From positions 78,891 through 142,890 of the forward strand of contig DFYY01000032.1 in NCBI GenBank assembly GCA_002383485.1: a stretch of DNA of 64,000 nt. Direction: 5' to 3'. The translations under genes were made by a program, and so were the position numbers. Below are positions 1 to 8,848 of the stretch, piece by piece. Numbering within the stretch: the first letter of the stretch is position 1; every line of letters starts with the position of its first letter. A model generated the notes under the pieces. That model did no database searches and was not told the origin of the DNA. It was given only the letters and a program-made list of their open reading frames with translations. Source of the stretch: Bacteroidales bacterium UBA4070. GTDB taxonomy: Bacteria; Bacteroidota; Bacteroidia; Bacteroidales; VadinHA17.

Positions 1-1110
1 CTGCTCTCAAAGCCTGACGGTCTGCTAAGCACAATCCTGGTAGCGAACAACATCATCAATATTGCCATCATTATCCTTGCGGCATTCATCAGTTCAAGGC
101 TTTTTGATCTGAGCAACAACCCCGTCCTCTCCTTCATCATTGAAGTGGTAGTAATCACCTTCGTTCTTCTGTTCTTTTGCGAAATCATTCCCAAAGTACT
201 CGCAACGCGAAGCCAGCTTAAGTTCGCACTTATGATGGCCCCTGCCCTGACATTCACATCCGGTCTGCTCAAACCCCTTGCTTCGCTCCTCTCTTACTCC
301 TCCTTCTTCGTAAAACGAAGACCAAGATCCAGGGATGCATCACTCAGCATCGATGACCTGTCGGCAGCCCTCGATCTCACCTCTACCGGGATCAAGGACG
401 AAAAGGATATCCTCAAGGGTGTCGTCCGCTTCGGCAACACCAATACCAGCGCTATCATGTGTCCGCGCATGGACGTGACAGCCCTTGACATCAGCAAGGG
501 ATTCCGTACCATTATGAAGGAGGTGGTGGAGTCAGGCTTTTCGCGTATACCGGTTTATTCTGGCACCTTTGATAATGTCAGGGGGATACTCTTTGTCAAG
601 GATCTGCTTCCGCACCTGGGCAAACCGGACAACTTCAGGTGGCAGACACTCATCAGACCCGCATACGTTGTACCTGAGACCAAGAAGATCAGTGAGCTTC
701 TCAAGGAGTTCCAGACCAAAAAGATACATATGGCAATCGTGGTGGATGAATACGGCGGTACCAGCGGACTGGTGACCCTCGAGGATGTTCTCGAAGAGAT
801 TGTGGGAGAGATCACCGATGAGACCGATGAGGAAGTGCCTCTCTACAGGGAGACAGGACCTGGAAAATGGATTTTTGAAGGAAAGACACTGCTGAATGAC
901 TTCTTCAGGATAACAGGGGTGGAAGATGACCCGTTCGAGGAAGTCAGGGGCGAATCCGAAACGCTGGCAGGGCTGCTGCTGGAGTTACTGGAGGAGATAC
1001 CCACGAAGGGAAGGACGATCTCTGCAGGCGGATTTAAATTTACTATTGAGACGATAGAAAACAGGCGGATAAGGGAGATTACCGCTGAAAAACAAGGGGA
1101 GAACGCATGA
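1..1110 (+). CDS. gldE: GldE-like gliding-motility-associated CNNM/CorC-family membrane protein (DUF21 TM part + CBS pair + CorC_HlyC tail); 5' end lies outside the window
   Basis: Frame 1 is open from nt 1 (LLSKPDGLLSTILVANNIINIAIIIL...) into the listed ORF 145..1110, so the listed GTG start is not the real start. It has a hydrophobic N-part, CBS-like blocks (RIPVYSGTFDNVRGILFVKDLL; KIHMAIVVDEYGGTSGLVTLEDVLEEIVGEI) and a CorC_HlyC-like C-terminus. Its stop overlaps (ATGA) the start of a GldD-like lipoprotein gene, the gldE-gldD arrangement known from Flavobacterium johnsoniae. Confidence 0.75.
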   Translation: MLSKPDGLLSTILVANNIINIAIIILAAFISSRLFDLSNNPVLSFIIEVVVITFVLLFFCEIIPKVLATRSQLKFALMMAPALTFTSGLLKPLASLLSYSSFFVKRRPRSRDASLSIDDLSAALDLTSTGIKDEKDILKGVVRFGNTNTSAIMCPRMDVTALDISKGFRTIMKEVVESGFSRIPVYSGTFDNVRGILFVKDLLPHLGKPDNFRWQTLIRPAYVVPETKKISELLKEFQTKKIHMAIVVDEYGGTSGLVTLEDVLEEIVGEITDETDEEVPLYRETGPGKWIFEGKTLLNDFFRITGVEDDPFEEVRGESETLAGLLLELLEEIPTKGRTISAGGFKFTIETIENRRIREITAEKQGENA

Positions 1111-1679
1111 GAATCTTTACTGCTGCCCTGACGGCGGCATTTGTATTTCTGCTGACGGGCTGCGGACAAACACCCGTGCCGAAGCCGGCAGGCTACTTCA
1201 GGATAGACCTGCCTGAAAAAAGGTATGTGCAGTATGACGCCCCTTGCTCCTACTCAATAGAATACCCTGATTATGCCCGTATCAACCTCCTGCCGGGAGC
1301 AGCCTCAGATACCTGCTGGATGGATATTGAGTTTCCTTCGATGAAAGCCAGCCTGCACCTGACATACTTCGACATTCATGGTAACCTGGCCTCACTGACA
1401 GAACTCACGCGCGAGATGGCATACAAACATACAATCCGGGCAGAAGCCATCGAAGAGAAGCTGTGGGCAAATGACTCCTCGAAGGTGTACGGTATTCTCT
1501 ATGACCTGAAAGGCAACACCGCGTCGGCAGTTCAGTTCTTCGTCACTGACAGCACAACCCATTACCTGAGAGGCTCACTCTATTTTATGGCCCAGCCAAA
1601 CGAGGATTCCCTCATGCCGGTGATAAAGTTTATCAGGGAAGATATCATCCATCTCATTGAGACGCTGAACTGGAGATAA
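1107..1679 (+). CDS. gldD: GldD-like gliding-motility lipoprotein
   Basis: Signal peptide with lipobox (MRIFTAALTAAFVFLLTGCGQ). About 190 aa with a GYFRIDLPEKRY block near the N-terminus, as I remember for GldD. Translationally coupled to gldE. Confidence 0.7.
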   Translation: MRIFTAALTAAFVFLLTGCGQTPVPKPAGYFRIDLPEKRYVQYDAPCSYSIEYPDYARINLLPGAASDTCWMDIEFPSMKASLHLTYFDIHGNLASLTELTREMAYKHTIRAEAIEEKLWANDSSKVYGILYDLKGNTASAVQFFVTDSTTHYLRGSLYFMAQPNEDSLMPVIKFIREDIIHLIETLNWR

Positions 1680-1682
1680 ACC

Positions 1683-2327
1683 ATGGGCTGCATCACAAAG
1701 CACTATCTGAACAAGGAGACGGTCATCGGCGTCTGGAAGATCGAAGAAGATCTCGAGACCCTTCTTACGATGGTGGAGATGAGTCCGGAGGACTTGAAGA
1801 GATATGAGGTCTTCCGAAGCAACTCGCGGAAGATAGAGTTCCTGAGCGTCAGGGCGTTGCTGGCGGAGATGCTGGGCCGCGAAGCACGGATAGTCTACAA
1901 TAAGAATAATAAGCCCTTCATCAAAGACGGCTCTCACTTCATCAGCATAACCCACTCCAACAAGCTTACAGCAATACTGATCAGCCGGGAAGAGCGCGTA
2001 GGCATTGATCTTGAGTACATGCGTGTGAATATCAATGCCTTTGCATCCAAATTCCTGAACAAGAGGGAGAAGATCACCAAACGCTGGGCTGACCGTACAT
2101 ACCATCTCTATATCCACTGGTGTGCCAAGGAGGCTATCTATAAGATCTGCGACAAGGAGGGGATAAACATTGTAAACGATATTACAATTGAACCATTTGA
2201 TGTGAAGGAGTCGGGTGAGATAAAGGGATCGGTCAGCAACGAAAGGATCAATGACCGGTTCACGCTCTTCTACTCCCGGTATGACAACTACACAATAGTC
2301 TGGACAAAGAAGAAGCATGAGAGTTGA
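1683..2327 (+). CDS. 4'-phosphopantetheinyl transferase (Sfp/EntD type)
   Basis: Signature motifs VGIDLEYM (metal-binding D/E block) and WCAKEAIYK (W..KEA..K). Length 214 aa. Confidence 0.8.
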   Translation: MGCITKHYLNKETVIGVWKIEEDLETLLTMVEMSPEDLKRYEVFRSNSRKIEFLSVRALLAEMLGREARIVYNKNNKPFIKDGSHFISITHSNKLTAILISREERVGIDLEYMRVNINAFASKFLNKREKITKRWADRTYHLYIHWCAKEAIYKICDKEGINIVNDITIEPFDVKESGEIKGSVSNERINDRFTLFYSRYDNYTIVWTKKKHES

Positions 2328-3060
2328 AATCCCCTGCAGGAAGAGGAAACTTGTAGCCCAGCTGATAGACCCTGACCGTGCCGGTGAGGCGGCCCTGGCA
2401 TTGGCCGTGCGGTATGCCGCGGAAGCCGGGGTGGACCTTTTCCTGGCTGGCGGAAGCCTGACCAGTGTGCCGGTGGAAGATGTAATCATGAGACTGAAGC
2501 AGCTTTCATCCATTCCCGTGGTTCTCTTCCCGGGTAACCTGACTCAGCTGACTGCCTCGGCCGATGCCGTCTTCCTGCTCTCAATGATCAGCGGCAGAAA
2601 TCCCGAGCTGCTTATAGGGAACCATGTAATTGCCGCTCCTCTCCTCAGCAGGATGAGAGAGCGCGTGATACCAATTGGCTACATGCTGATTAACTGCGGT
2701 GGCGACACTTCCGTGGAATATATGAGCCATACCTCCCCCATCCCCGGAGGCAAGAATGACATAGCCGTTGCCACTGCGCTTGCCGGGGAGATGCTGGGAA
2801 TGAAAGCCATATACCTCGAGGGTGGCAGCGGTGCTGCCAGACCGGTCAATCCGTCAATGATAAAGGCGGTCAGGGCGGAGATAACCATTCCCCTCATAAC
2901 AGGAGGAGGTCTTGACACTGCCGGCAAGATTGATCTGGCATTTGAGGCAGGGGCAGACATGGTTGTCATCGGCAACGGCTGCGAGCAGGATCCGTCACTG
3001 ATTACAGGTGCCTGCCAGGTGCGCGACCGGTTCAACAACCCGCCGGCGCGGCTTACCTGA
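2317..3060 (+). CDS. PcrB/GGGPS-family prenyltransferase (geranylgeranylglyceryl- or heptaprenylglyceryl-phosphate synthase-like TIM barrel)
   Basis: LIDPDR near the N-terminus, followed by LAGGS, IYLEGGSGA, PLITGGGL and MVVIGN blocks typical of this family. The ATG at 2317 overlaps the PPTase gene by 11 nt. Confidence 0.8.
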   Translation: MRVEIPCRKRKLVAQLIDPDRAGEAALALAVRYAAEAGVDLFLAGGSLTSVPVEDVIMRLKQLSSIPVVLFPGNLTQLTASADAVFLLSMISGRNPELLIGNHVIAAPLLSRMRERVIPIGYMLINCGGDTSVEYMSHTSPIPGGKNDIAVATALAGEMLGMKAIYLEGGSGAARPVNPSMIKAVRAEITIPLITGGGLDTAGKIDLAFEAGADMVVIGNGCEQDPSLITGACQVRDRFNNPPARLT

Positions 3061-4708
3061 ACAGCTCGTGCAGGGGATCGCCGCTGGAGGCATTGGGCAT
3101 TGGCACCTTGCATAAAACCGAGAGAGTGGTTGCTATATCCCTGGTGCTGACGCTGCGTGTGACAGACGACTTGCTGGCAGTCCACCCAAACCATATCAGC
3201 GGTACATGGCTGTCATATTCCCAGGGGGAGTTATGGCCGGTTACGTTGTCTGTCTTTTCAACCCATCCGGGATTCATGGCTATCATCACGTCGCCTGACC
3301 GCTGCTGGCTGAAGTTATTGCTCATCTTGCGCAGGAGGCCACCGGCGAAGTCACTCATTTCGAAGGCCGAGGTGGGAACGGCGGCCGCGATACCCGAGAA
3401 CTGCACCATGAAACGGGCCACCCTCTTCTGCATCTCATCGAGGTCTATCTTGGCATCCTCTATCAGTGAACGGTTAAGAAATATCTGACTGTCATAGAAA
3501 CCCCTCACCCAGTCGCCCTGCCCGTAGATGGCATTGAGGTAGCTGCGCAGCAACTGCAGTGACTGGTTAAGCTTGAAGTACCCGGCAGGCACCCTGCTCT
3601 GCTCCAGCACGGCAGGAATCTCAGACACACCATGTGCCGAAACGAGGTAAACCAAAACATTCTTTTTCCCAAGTGACCTGTCAATTCTTTCCAGCAGCTT
3701 CGAGATATTTCTGTCAAGCCTTACCAGCGCGTCCGCTGCCTCCACGGAAGAAGGTCCGAAACGATGGCCTATATAGTCAGTTGAAGAGTAGGTGACAGAA
3801 AGAAAATCAGTCACATCGTCCATACCCAGCTGCTCGTTGTCAATCAGCCTCAGCGCGAGCTCAGTGGTGAAGTCATCGGCAAATGGGGTCTCGCGAAGGA
3901 CTGAGTAGTCCCGGGTGACATTTAACAGTTTACCTTTTGTTGACATGGTCTTGAGGTCATACGGGAACCATGTCTGACCGTTAAAACCTCTCTCCAGCAA
4001 GCTTGAGTCGGGCTGACACCCCGGATAGGTCGCCGGGTCCAGCAGAGGCTGCCATGGCTGGTTCAGATACTGGCCGGGAAGGAGCATGGCATTCATATCC
4101 ATGAGCCACGGGGGAAGGCTCTGAGCATAATAACTGCTTGACATCCATGTACCGGTTCGGTCATCAAACCAGTAGGCGCCGTCAGCCGAATGACCTGCCG
4201 TGATGATCGCTGCCATCTCACGTATACCTATACCGTAAACTTTGGATCCTCCACAGGTAGCCATCTGCAACTCATCCGAAAAACTCGATGACAACAGGTT
4301 GACAGGGGAAAAGAGACCTGTCTCAAAACTGCCTCCCACAGGACTGGCATCCGGATCCTGAACGCAGTAGATCATCTCGTTTTTGAAGGGATGAAACCAT
4401 GAGTCAGAGGTGATGCCATGCGCTGAGGGCGATGCTCCTGTTGAGATTGTGGCAAGACCGGGTGCTGCCTGTGTGGAGAGGTAATCAATCGAAGCATTAC
4501 GGTAGTAGGTTCCTTCGTTGACCATCCTCTTCAGACCGTTGTCAGGAAGAATATCCCATATGCGTTCAAGCTGGTCATAACGTAACTGCTCAACGACAAT
4601 CCCGATCACAAGCTTCGGTTTGTCAGGGGGGATATAAGCAGACTGTGCTGATAATGAATATGTTACAACAGAAAGATATAGAATTGTGATTAATCGTTTC
4701 ATAAGCAT
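3053..4708 (-). CDS. Secreted alkaline-phosphatase-superfamily protein, PafA/NPP-like, with substituted catalytic positions
   Basis: Blocks PKLVIGIVVEQLRYD, DYLSTQAAPGLATISTGASPSAHGI, STDYIGHRFGP, LVSAHGVSE and GHNSPWEYDSHVPLIWFGW align by eye with the PafA/NPP pattern. I prefer the start at M26 (MLMKRLITILYLSVVTYSLSAQS signal peptide) over the listed 4783. The 3' end overlaps the convergent GGGPS gene by 8 nt. Confidence 0.7.
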   Translation of the reverse strand: MLMKRLITILYLSVVTYSLSAQSAYIPPDKPKLVIGIVVEQLRYDQLERIWDILPDNGLKRMVNEGTYYRNASIDYLSTQAAPGLATISTGASPSAHGITSDSWFHPFKNEMIYCVQDPDASPVGGSFETGLFSPVNLLSSSFSDELQMATCGGSKVYGIGIREMAAIITAGHSADGAYWFDDRTGTWMSSSYYAQSLPPWLMDMNAMLLPGQYLNQPWQPLLDPATYPGCQPDSSLLERGFNGQTWFPYDLKTMSTKGKLLNVTRDYSVLRETPFADDFTTELALRLIDNEQLGMDDVTDFLSVTYSSTDYIGHRFGPSSVEAADALVRLDRNISKLLERIDRSLGKKNVLVYLVSAHGVSEIPAVLEQSRVPAGYFKLNQSLQLLRSYLNAIYGQGDWVRGFYDSQIFLNRSLIEDAKIDLDEMQKRVARFMVQFSGIAAAVPTSAFEMSDFAGGLLRKMSNNFSQQRSGDVMIAMNPGWVEKTDNVTGHNSPWEYDSHVPLIWFGWTASKSSVTRSVSTRDIATTLSVLCKVPMPNASSGDPLHELFR

Positions 4709-4789
4709 AAAAAAATCAGATAAATAAGTCCCAAAAATATCAGTTTTGGGTTTACCCGCAACCCGGCCGGCAAAAGATATCACCAGAGG

Positions 4790-6496
4790 CTATTCGGTTA
4801 TTAACCGTGTGATTACTGCCTTGCCTCTTACCATGGGCCCTATAGGCTCTTTCCTGACTGTTATGATATAGAGTCCGGGGGGTAGCGGTCCGAAGTCGCG
4901 TACAACCGGAACGCCTGGTGTGGCAGTTGTGCGGAAGCGTTCAACGGTAGCTCCGCCGGAAGTTGCAAGGGTGACAGTCACATCGCCTGTCACACTCTCA
5001 GGAGGCAGCAGACTGAGCCTGCCGCCGGAAGGGTTTGGCCATATCAGCAGGCCGGTCGCGGGAGGATCAGGGTACAGGTCAGTTCTTCTTTGCAGTGTGA
5101 TATCCCTCATAAGCAAAGGGCTGGCAGCCGTCAGTTCAGCCGTGAGCAGATACGGTTCATAGCCGGGGCAGGAGAATTCAAGGTTCCATGCGCCGGGAGG
5201 CAGCAGGCGACACCAGGCGCCGTAGAGGGTGTCCGACACAACAAATGATGAGTCTGCGTCATGACCGGTGATGAATACCCGTGCGCTGAGCGGATCACCG
5301 CTCTCCGCGTCGGTGACCGTTCCCTGCACACCGGTAAGAGCTTCAGCGATATAACGAATCAGGGAGCGGTGGTTCCATTCCCACATTGCTTCGAGGTTTG
5401 AACCAGGAGTCATCTTTGTATCATCAATCTCCACTGTCACCTCGCGGCCGCCCAGACTGTATGTAACATAATCCTGTCGTCCCCCGGTTATCAGATACCA
5501 CTGCCAGCCCCTGGTGACACCGTTGTCCATGAAGGTCATATAACCGGGTGCGGCATGCAGGTGGACGGTATCGGCGTACCGTCTGCTGACGGTATTGAAC
5601 CATATATCGTCAGGGTGGATTCGTGTCCATCTGTCCCACGGGTAGTTGACAACCTCGGCGCCGCTGTGAAGGTTCAGTGAGAGTGCAGGCCTTATCTTCT
5701 TCATGAAGTTTATCATGTCGGCAGTCTCTTTCTGCAGCGGCGGCGGCGGGCTGGCCGCCGGGTCAGGGAAGTTGCGGTTCAGGTCGTACCCGTTGCTGTT
5801 GGCCCTGACCGGGTAGGTCATTGTGTCACTGTCCCTGTACATACCGTCAGGATTAGCCAGCGGGTTGATCCATATCTCCAGGCCTGAGACAAGCTCAGAA
5901 GCCAGTCCGCCGCTGCCGGCTGCGAGGTATTCGGAAAGCCTCATCAGCATAATGAACCCGGCTGGCTCATCACCGTGGATGGATGAACTGAGCATGACGG
6001 CCGGCTCCGGCTCATCGAGTTCGGGATTATCAGAGATCTTGAGTGCCAGCACTGCCCTGCCCATGATGCTGAGTCCTACGGTGTCAAGACGGCAGACCTC
6101 AGGCCATCGCTCTGCGATCTTGTGCATGATGGTGTCATAGTGTTTCCAGGTGGGGTACGACTGCCAGAGCATCGCCTCCGCGACGGATGAGGCTGTGTAA
6201 AAGGCCTTGTGTGGTACAGGTATAATAAGTTTGTATGGGATGCCTGCAGCGATGAACTCCTCCGTATCGCGCTGCGAGAGACAGAGCCTGGCGATGAGGC
6301 CGTCACACGATACGACCGGGAAGCGCGAGGCCAGACTGGTCATGGCATCAAATCCAGGATAGCCTATGTCAACCTCAGCCTGGCCGCGGAGCCTGACGGC
6401 CTCCCTGATGTCATCACCTGCCGGGCGCTGCTGCCCGTAACCGTATGGCCTCCACAGGAGGAGCAGGAATGCAGCTATGACGAGGAGGTTTCTCAC
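4790..6496 (-). CDS. M14-family zinc carboxypeptidase with T9SS (type A) C-terminal sorting domain
   Basis: Signal peptide, then HxxE zinc motif SSIHGDEPAG and NPDGMYRD / NRNFPD blocks. A beta-sandwich region follows, and the C-terminal ~80 aa (LLIWPNPSGGRLSL...GLYIITVRK...) resemble a Por secretion tail. Confidence 0.8.
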   Translation of the reverse strand: MRNLLVIAAFLLLLWRPYGYGQQRPAGDDIREAVRLRGQAEVDIGYPGFDAMTSLASRFPVVSCDGLIARLCLSQRDTEEFIAAGIPYKLIIPVPHKAFYTASSVAEAMLWQSYPTWKHYDTIMHKIAERWPEVCRLDTVGLSIMGRAVLALKISDNPELDEPEPAVMLSSSIHGDEPAGFIMLMRLSEYLAAGSGGLASELVSGLEIWINPLANPDGMYRDSDTMTYPVRANSNGYDLNRNFPDPAASPPPPLQKETADMINFMKKIRPALSLNLHSGAEVVNYPWDRWTRIHPDDIWFNTVSRRYADTVHLHAAPGYMTFMDNGVTRGWQWYLITGGRQDYVTYSLGGREVTVEIDDTKMTPGSNLEAMWEWNHRSLIRYIAEALTGVQGTVTDAESGDPLSARVFITGHDADSSFVVSDTLYGAWCRLLPPGAWNLEFSCPGYEPYLLTAELTAASPLLMRDITLQRRTDLYPDPPATGLLIWPNPSGGRLSLLPPESVTGDVTVTLATSGGATVERFRTTATPGVPVVRDFGPLPPGLYIITVRKEPIGPMVRGKAVITRLITE

Positions 6497-6504
6497 CTTG
6501 CCTG

Positions 6505-7593
6505 TTATACGTTGAACCTGATGTGCAGTATGTCGCCGTCGTCAACCACGTAGCTTTTGCCTTCAATCATCAGCTTGCCGGCCTCGCGGCAGGCATGTTC
6601 CGACCCAAGCCGGATGAAGTCAGCATACTTCATCACCTCAGCCCTGATGAATCCCCTCTCGAGGTCCGAGTGAATGACACCGGCGGCCTGGGGTGCCGTC
6701 ATGCCGGCGGTGATGGTCCACGCGCGTATCTCCTTCGGCCCCACAGTGAAGAAAGTCTGCAGGTTCAGCATCTCATAGGCTGCTCTCACGAGCTTGTTGA
6801 CACCCGGCTCGGTCAGTCCGGATGCCTCCAGAAACTCCAGCCGGTCAGCCTCCTCGGTGAGGTTGGCTATCTCCGCCTCGAGGGCTCCGGCAATCACAAG
6901 TGGCTCTGCCCCCCTGGATGAGAGAAACTCCCTGACGGCGCTGACATAGAGGTTGCCGCTGACGGCAGAGGCTTCGTCGACGTTGCAGACATAAAGTACA
7001 GGCTTCATCGTCAGGAGGAAGATATCGTCGACATAGTTCCTATCCTCCGGCTTCAGCTCCAGCGAGGAGGCATTCTGAAATCCTTCGAGATGATCCTTGT
7101 ATGCTGTCAGCACCTCAATGCCGTGCTTTGAATCCTTGTCGCCGGTCTTTGCAGCGCGTTCCAGCCGCTGGATCTTCTTTTCAACCGACTCCAGGTCCTT
7201 TACCTGAAGCTCAAACTCGACATTCTCAAGGTCCCTGACGGGGTTAACAGACCCGTCTATATGAGGCAGGTTGTCATCATCAAAGCAGCGAAGCACATGT
7301 ATAAGGGCGTCAGTGTTCCTGATCTCGCCCAGCAGGCGTGCGCCGGAACTGTCACCCTGGCCCCTTACCAGCCCGGGAATATCAACTATATCTACAGTGG
7401 TATGTACGATACGCTCGGTAGACTGGAACTTTTCCAGTTCATAAAGCCGCCTGTCAGGTACCTGTATCACCCCAAGGTTGGCCTTGACACCTGTTCCGTA
7501 GGTGTTGGTCTCACCCCGGGTGTTGGATATACAGTTGAAGATTGTGGTTTTTCCCACACTGGTTATCCCTATAATTCCGCATTTTAATGGCAT
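6505..7593 (-). CDS. ychF: Ribosome-binding ATPase YchF
   Basis: MPLKCGIIGITSVGKTTIFN P-loop, DIPGLV switch, and C-terminal IRAWTI...GFIRAEV...DGDILHIRFNV. Length 362 aa. Confidence 0.95.
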   Translation of the reverse strand: MPLKCGIIGITSVGKTTIFNCISNTRGETNTYGTGVKANLGVIQVPDRRLYELEKFQSTERIVHTTVDIVDIPGLVRGQGDSSGARLLGEIRNTDALIHVLRCFDDDNLPHIDGSVNPVRDLENVEFELQVKDLESVEKKIQRLERAAKTGDKDSKHGIEVLTAYKDHLEGFQNASSLELKPEDRNYVDDIFLLTMKPVLYVCNVDEASAVSGNLYVSAVREFLSSRGAEPLVIAGALEAEIANLTEEADRLEFLEASGLTEPGVNKLVRAAYEMLNLQTFFTVGPKEIRAWTITAGMTAPQAAGVIHSDLERGFIRAEVMKYADFIRLGSEHACREAGKLMIEGKSYVVDDGDILHIRFNV

Positions 7594-7613
7594 GTCTCAT
7601 TTTTCTCTTGCTG

Positions 7614-7621
7614 CAAAGTTA
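7614..7621 (-). promoter_or_regulatory. Candidate Bacteroidota -7 promoter element (TAACTTTG on minus strand) for ychF
   Basis: Plus strand CAAAGTTA is the reverse complement of TAnnTTTG, 21 nt upstream of the ychF ATG. No convincing -33 TTTG at the expected spacing. Confidence 0.3.
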
Positions 7622-7673
7622 CCAAAAAGAGGCTATCAGCAGGTGCGCGGGCGGGGTGTCATGCACTTTTTGT

Positions 7674-7681
7674 TAATTTTG
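7674..7681 (+). promoter_or_regulatory. Candidate -7 promoter element (TAATTTTG) for the ECF sigma operon
   Basis: Exact TAnnTTTG match 66 nt upstream of the ATG at 7747. A 6-bp hairpin GACGCC-TTCT-GGCGTC (7703..7718) lies in the putative leader. Confidence 0.3.
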
Positions 7682-7746
7682 GGTGGAGAAGATTAAACCA
7701 TTGACGCCTTCTGGCGTCTGACTGACAAACACTGCCGGAAAGGTCA

Positions 7747-8289
7747 ATGTCACATTTTACCGAGGATGATATCAGGGCTGCTCTTGCCACGGATGCCGAA
7801 AAGGCGTTCCGGATGATAGTTGATACCTACGGATCAAAGCTCTACTGGCATATCCGCCGGCTTGTCATCACACATGAAGACACTGATGACGCACTCCAGA
7901 ATACCTTTATAAATGCATGGCGTAAGATAGGCTCCTTCAGGTTTGACAGCTCATTGCTGACCTGGCTCTGGTCAATAGCCACCAATGAAGCCCTGACACT
8001 TATCAGAAGAAGGGAGAGACAGAGCAGTGTTTCGCTTGATGATGTGGAGGGAATCCTTTCGGATTCAGCCGAAGGCAGCAACTGGTTTGACGGCGATGCC
8101 GCGGAGGTGAAGCTGCAAAATGCCATTCTCGGGCTTCCGGAGAAGCAACGTATCGTCTTCAATATGAAATACTTTGATGATATGTCATATGAGGATATGA
8201 GCAGCCTGACAGGCACCTCGGTTGGAGCGCTGAAAGCATCATACCATCATGCGGTAAAAAAGATTGAGCAATTTTTAAAGAATGATTAA
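7747..8289 (+). CDS. ECF-type RNA polymerase sigma-70 family factor
   Basis: Region 2 (LYWHIRRLVITHEDTDDALQNTFINAWRKIGSF) and region 4 (LPEKQRIVFNMKYFDDMSYEDMSSLTGTSVGALKASYHHAVKKI). Length 180 aa. Confidence 0.9.
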   Translation: MSHFTEDDIRAALATDAEKAFRMIVDTYGSKLYWHIRRLVITHEDTDDALQNTFINAWRKIGSFRFDSSLLTWLWSIATNEALTLIRRRERQSSVSLDDVEGILSDSAEGSNWFDGDAAEVKLQNAILGLPEKQRIVFNMKYFDDMSYEDMSSLTGTSVGALKASYHHAVKKIEQFLKND

Positions 8290-8322
8290 ACCTATGCCTC
8301 ATCACGGCATCAAACAGAGGTC

Positions 8323-8841
8323 ATGAAACTCAACGATGAAATAAAAAAGGGAAATCCCTTCAGGGTACCGGAAGGCTACTTCGACAGGCTGGCAGACCGC
8401 ACTATGGCTGCCATCAGCAAGGAGGAGAGCAGGAACGGAATCATGGAGGCTCAGCATGAAGGAGTACAGCCGGGGACAGTGCAGATGAAGATCCGTAATG
8501 AGGATAAGCCTGCTGCTGCACCAACGCACGCAAAGATGCGGATTATCAGCATGAAGCCATTCCTCTCGCTTGCTGCTGCAATACTTGGATTTGCAATTGT
8601 TACAGCTGTGACGGTCAGGCTGGTAACCACTGACCGCTCCGCAGAGGGTTATGAGCCGGGCGCCAGCCTTTATGCTGATCTGGCATTCGAGGAGCTGGAT
8701 GCATATATGCTTGAAAATGAGTTATTCGTGGCAGAGCCGGTAACTGAGGCACTGCCGGAGGAGAAAATCTCATCAGAAGCCATAATTGAATACCTGATGA
8801 CGGAGGATATCGATCTCAATGATATTTATGAACTGTTATAA
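8323..8841 (+). CDS. Single-pass membrane protein, putative anti-sigma partner
   Basis: Sits immediately downstream of the ECF sigma gene. One central TM helix (FLSLAAAILGFAIVTAVTV). No zinc-finger anti-sigma motif is visible. Confidence 0.45.
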   Translation: MKLNDEIKKGNPFRVPEGYFDRLADRTMAAISKEESRNGIMEAQHEGVQPGTVQMKIRNEDKPAAAPTHAKMRIISMKPFLSLAAAILGFAIVTAVTVRLVTTDRSAEGYEPGASLYADLAFEELDAYMLENELFVAEPVTEALPEEKISSEAIIEYLMTEDIDLNDIYELL

Positions 8842-8848
8842 GATAAAG

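Noticed and set aside
1575-2513. 312-aa minus-strand ORF
   Set aside because: It is entirely antisense to the motif-supported PPTase and GGGPS genes. The composition is Ala/Arg/Leu/Pro-rich and I recognised no motifs. This is typical of shadow ORFs.
2679-3194. 171-aa minus-strand ORF
   Set aside because: It is antisense to the GGGPS-like gene and out of frame with the phosphatase-homologue gene. No recognisable motifs.
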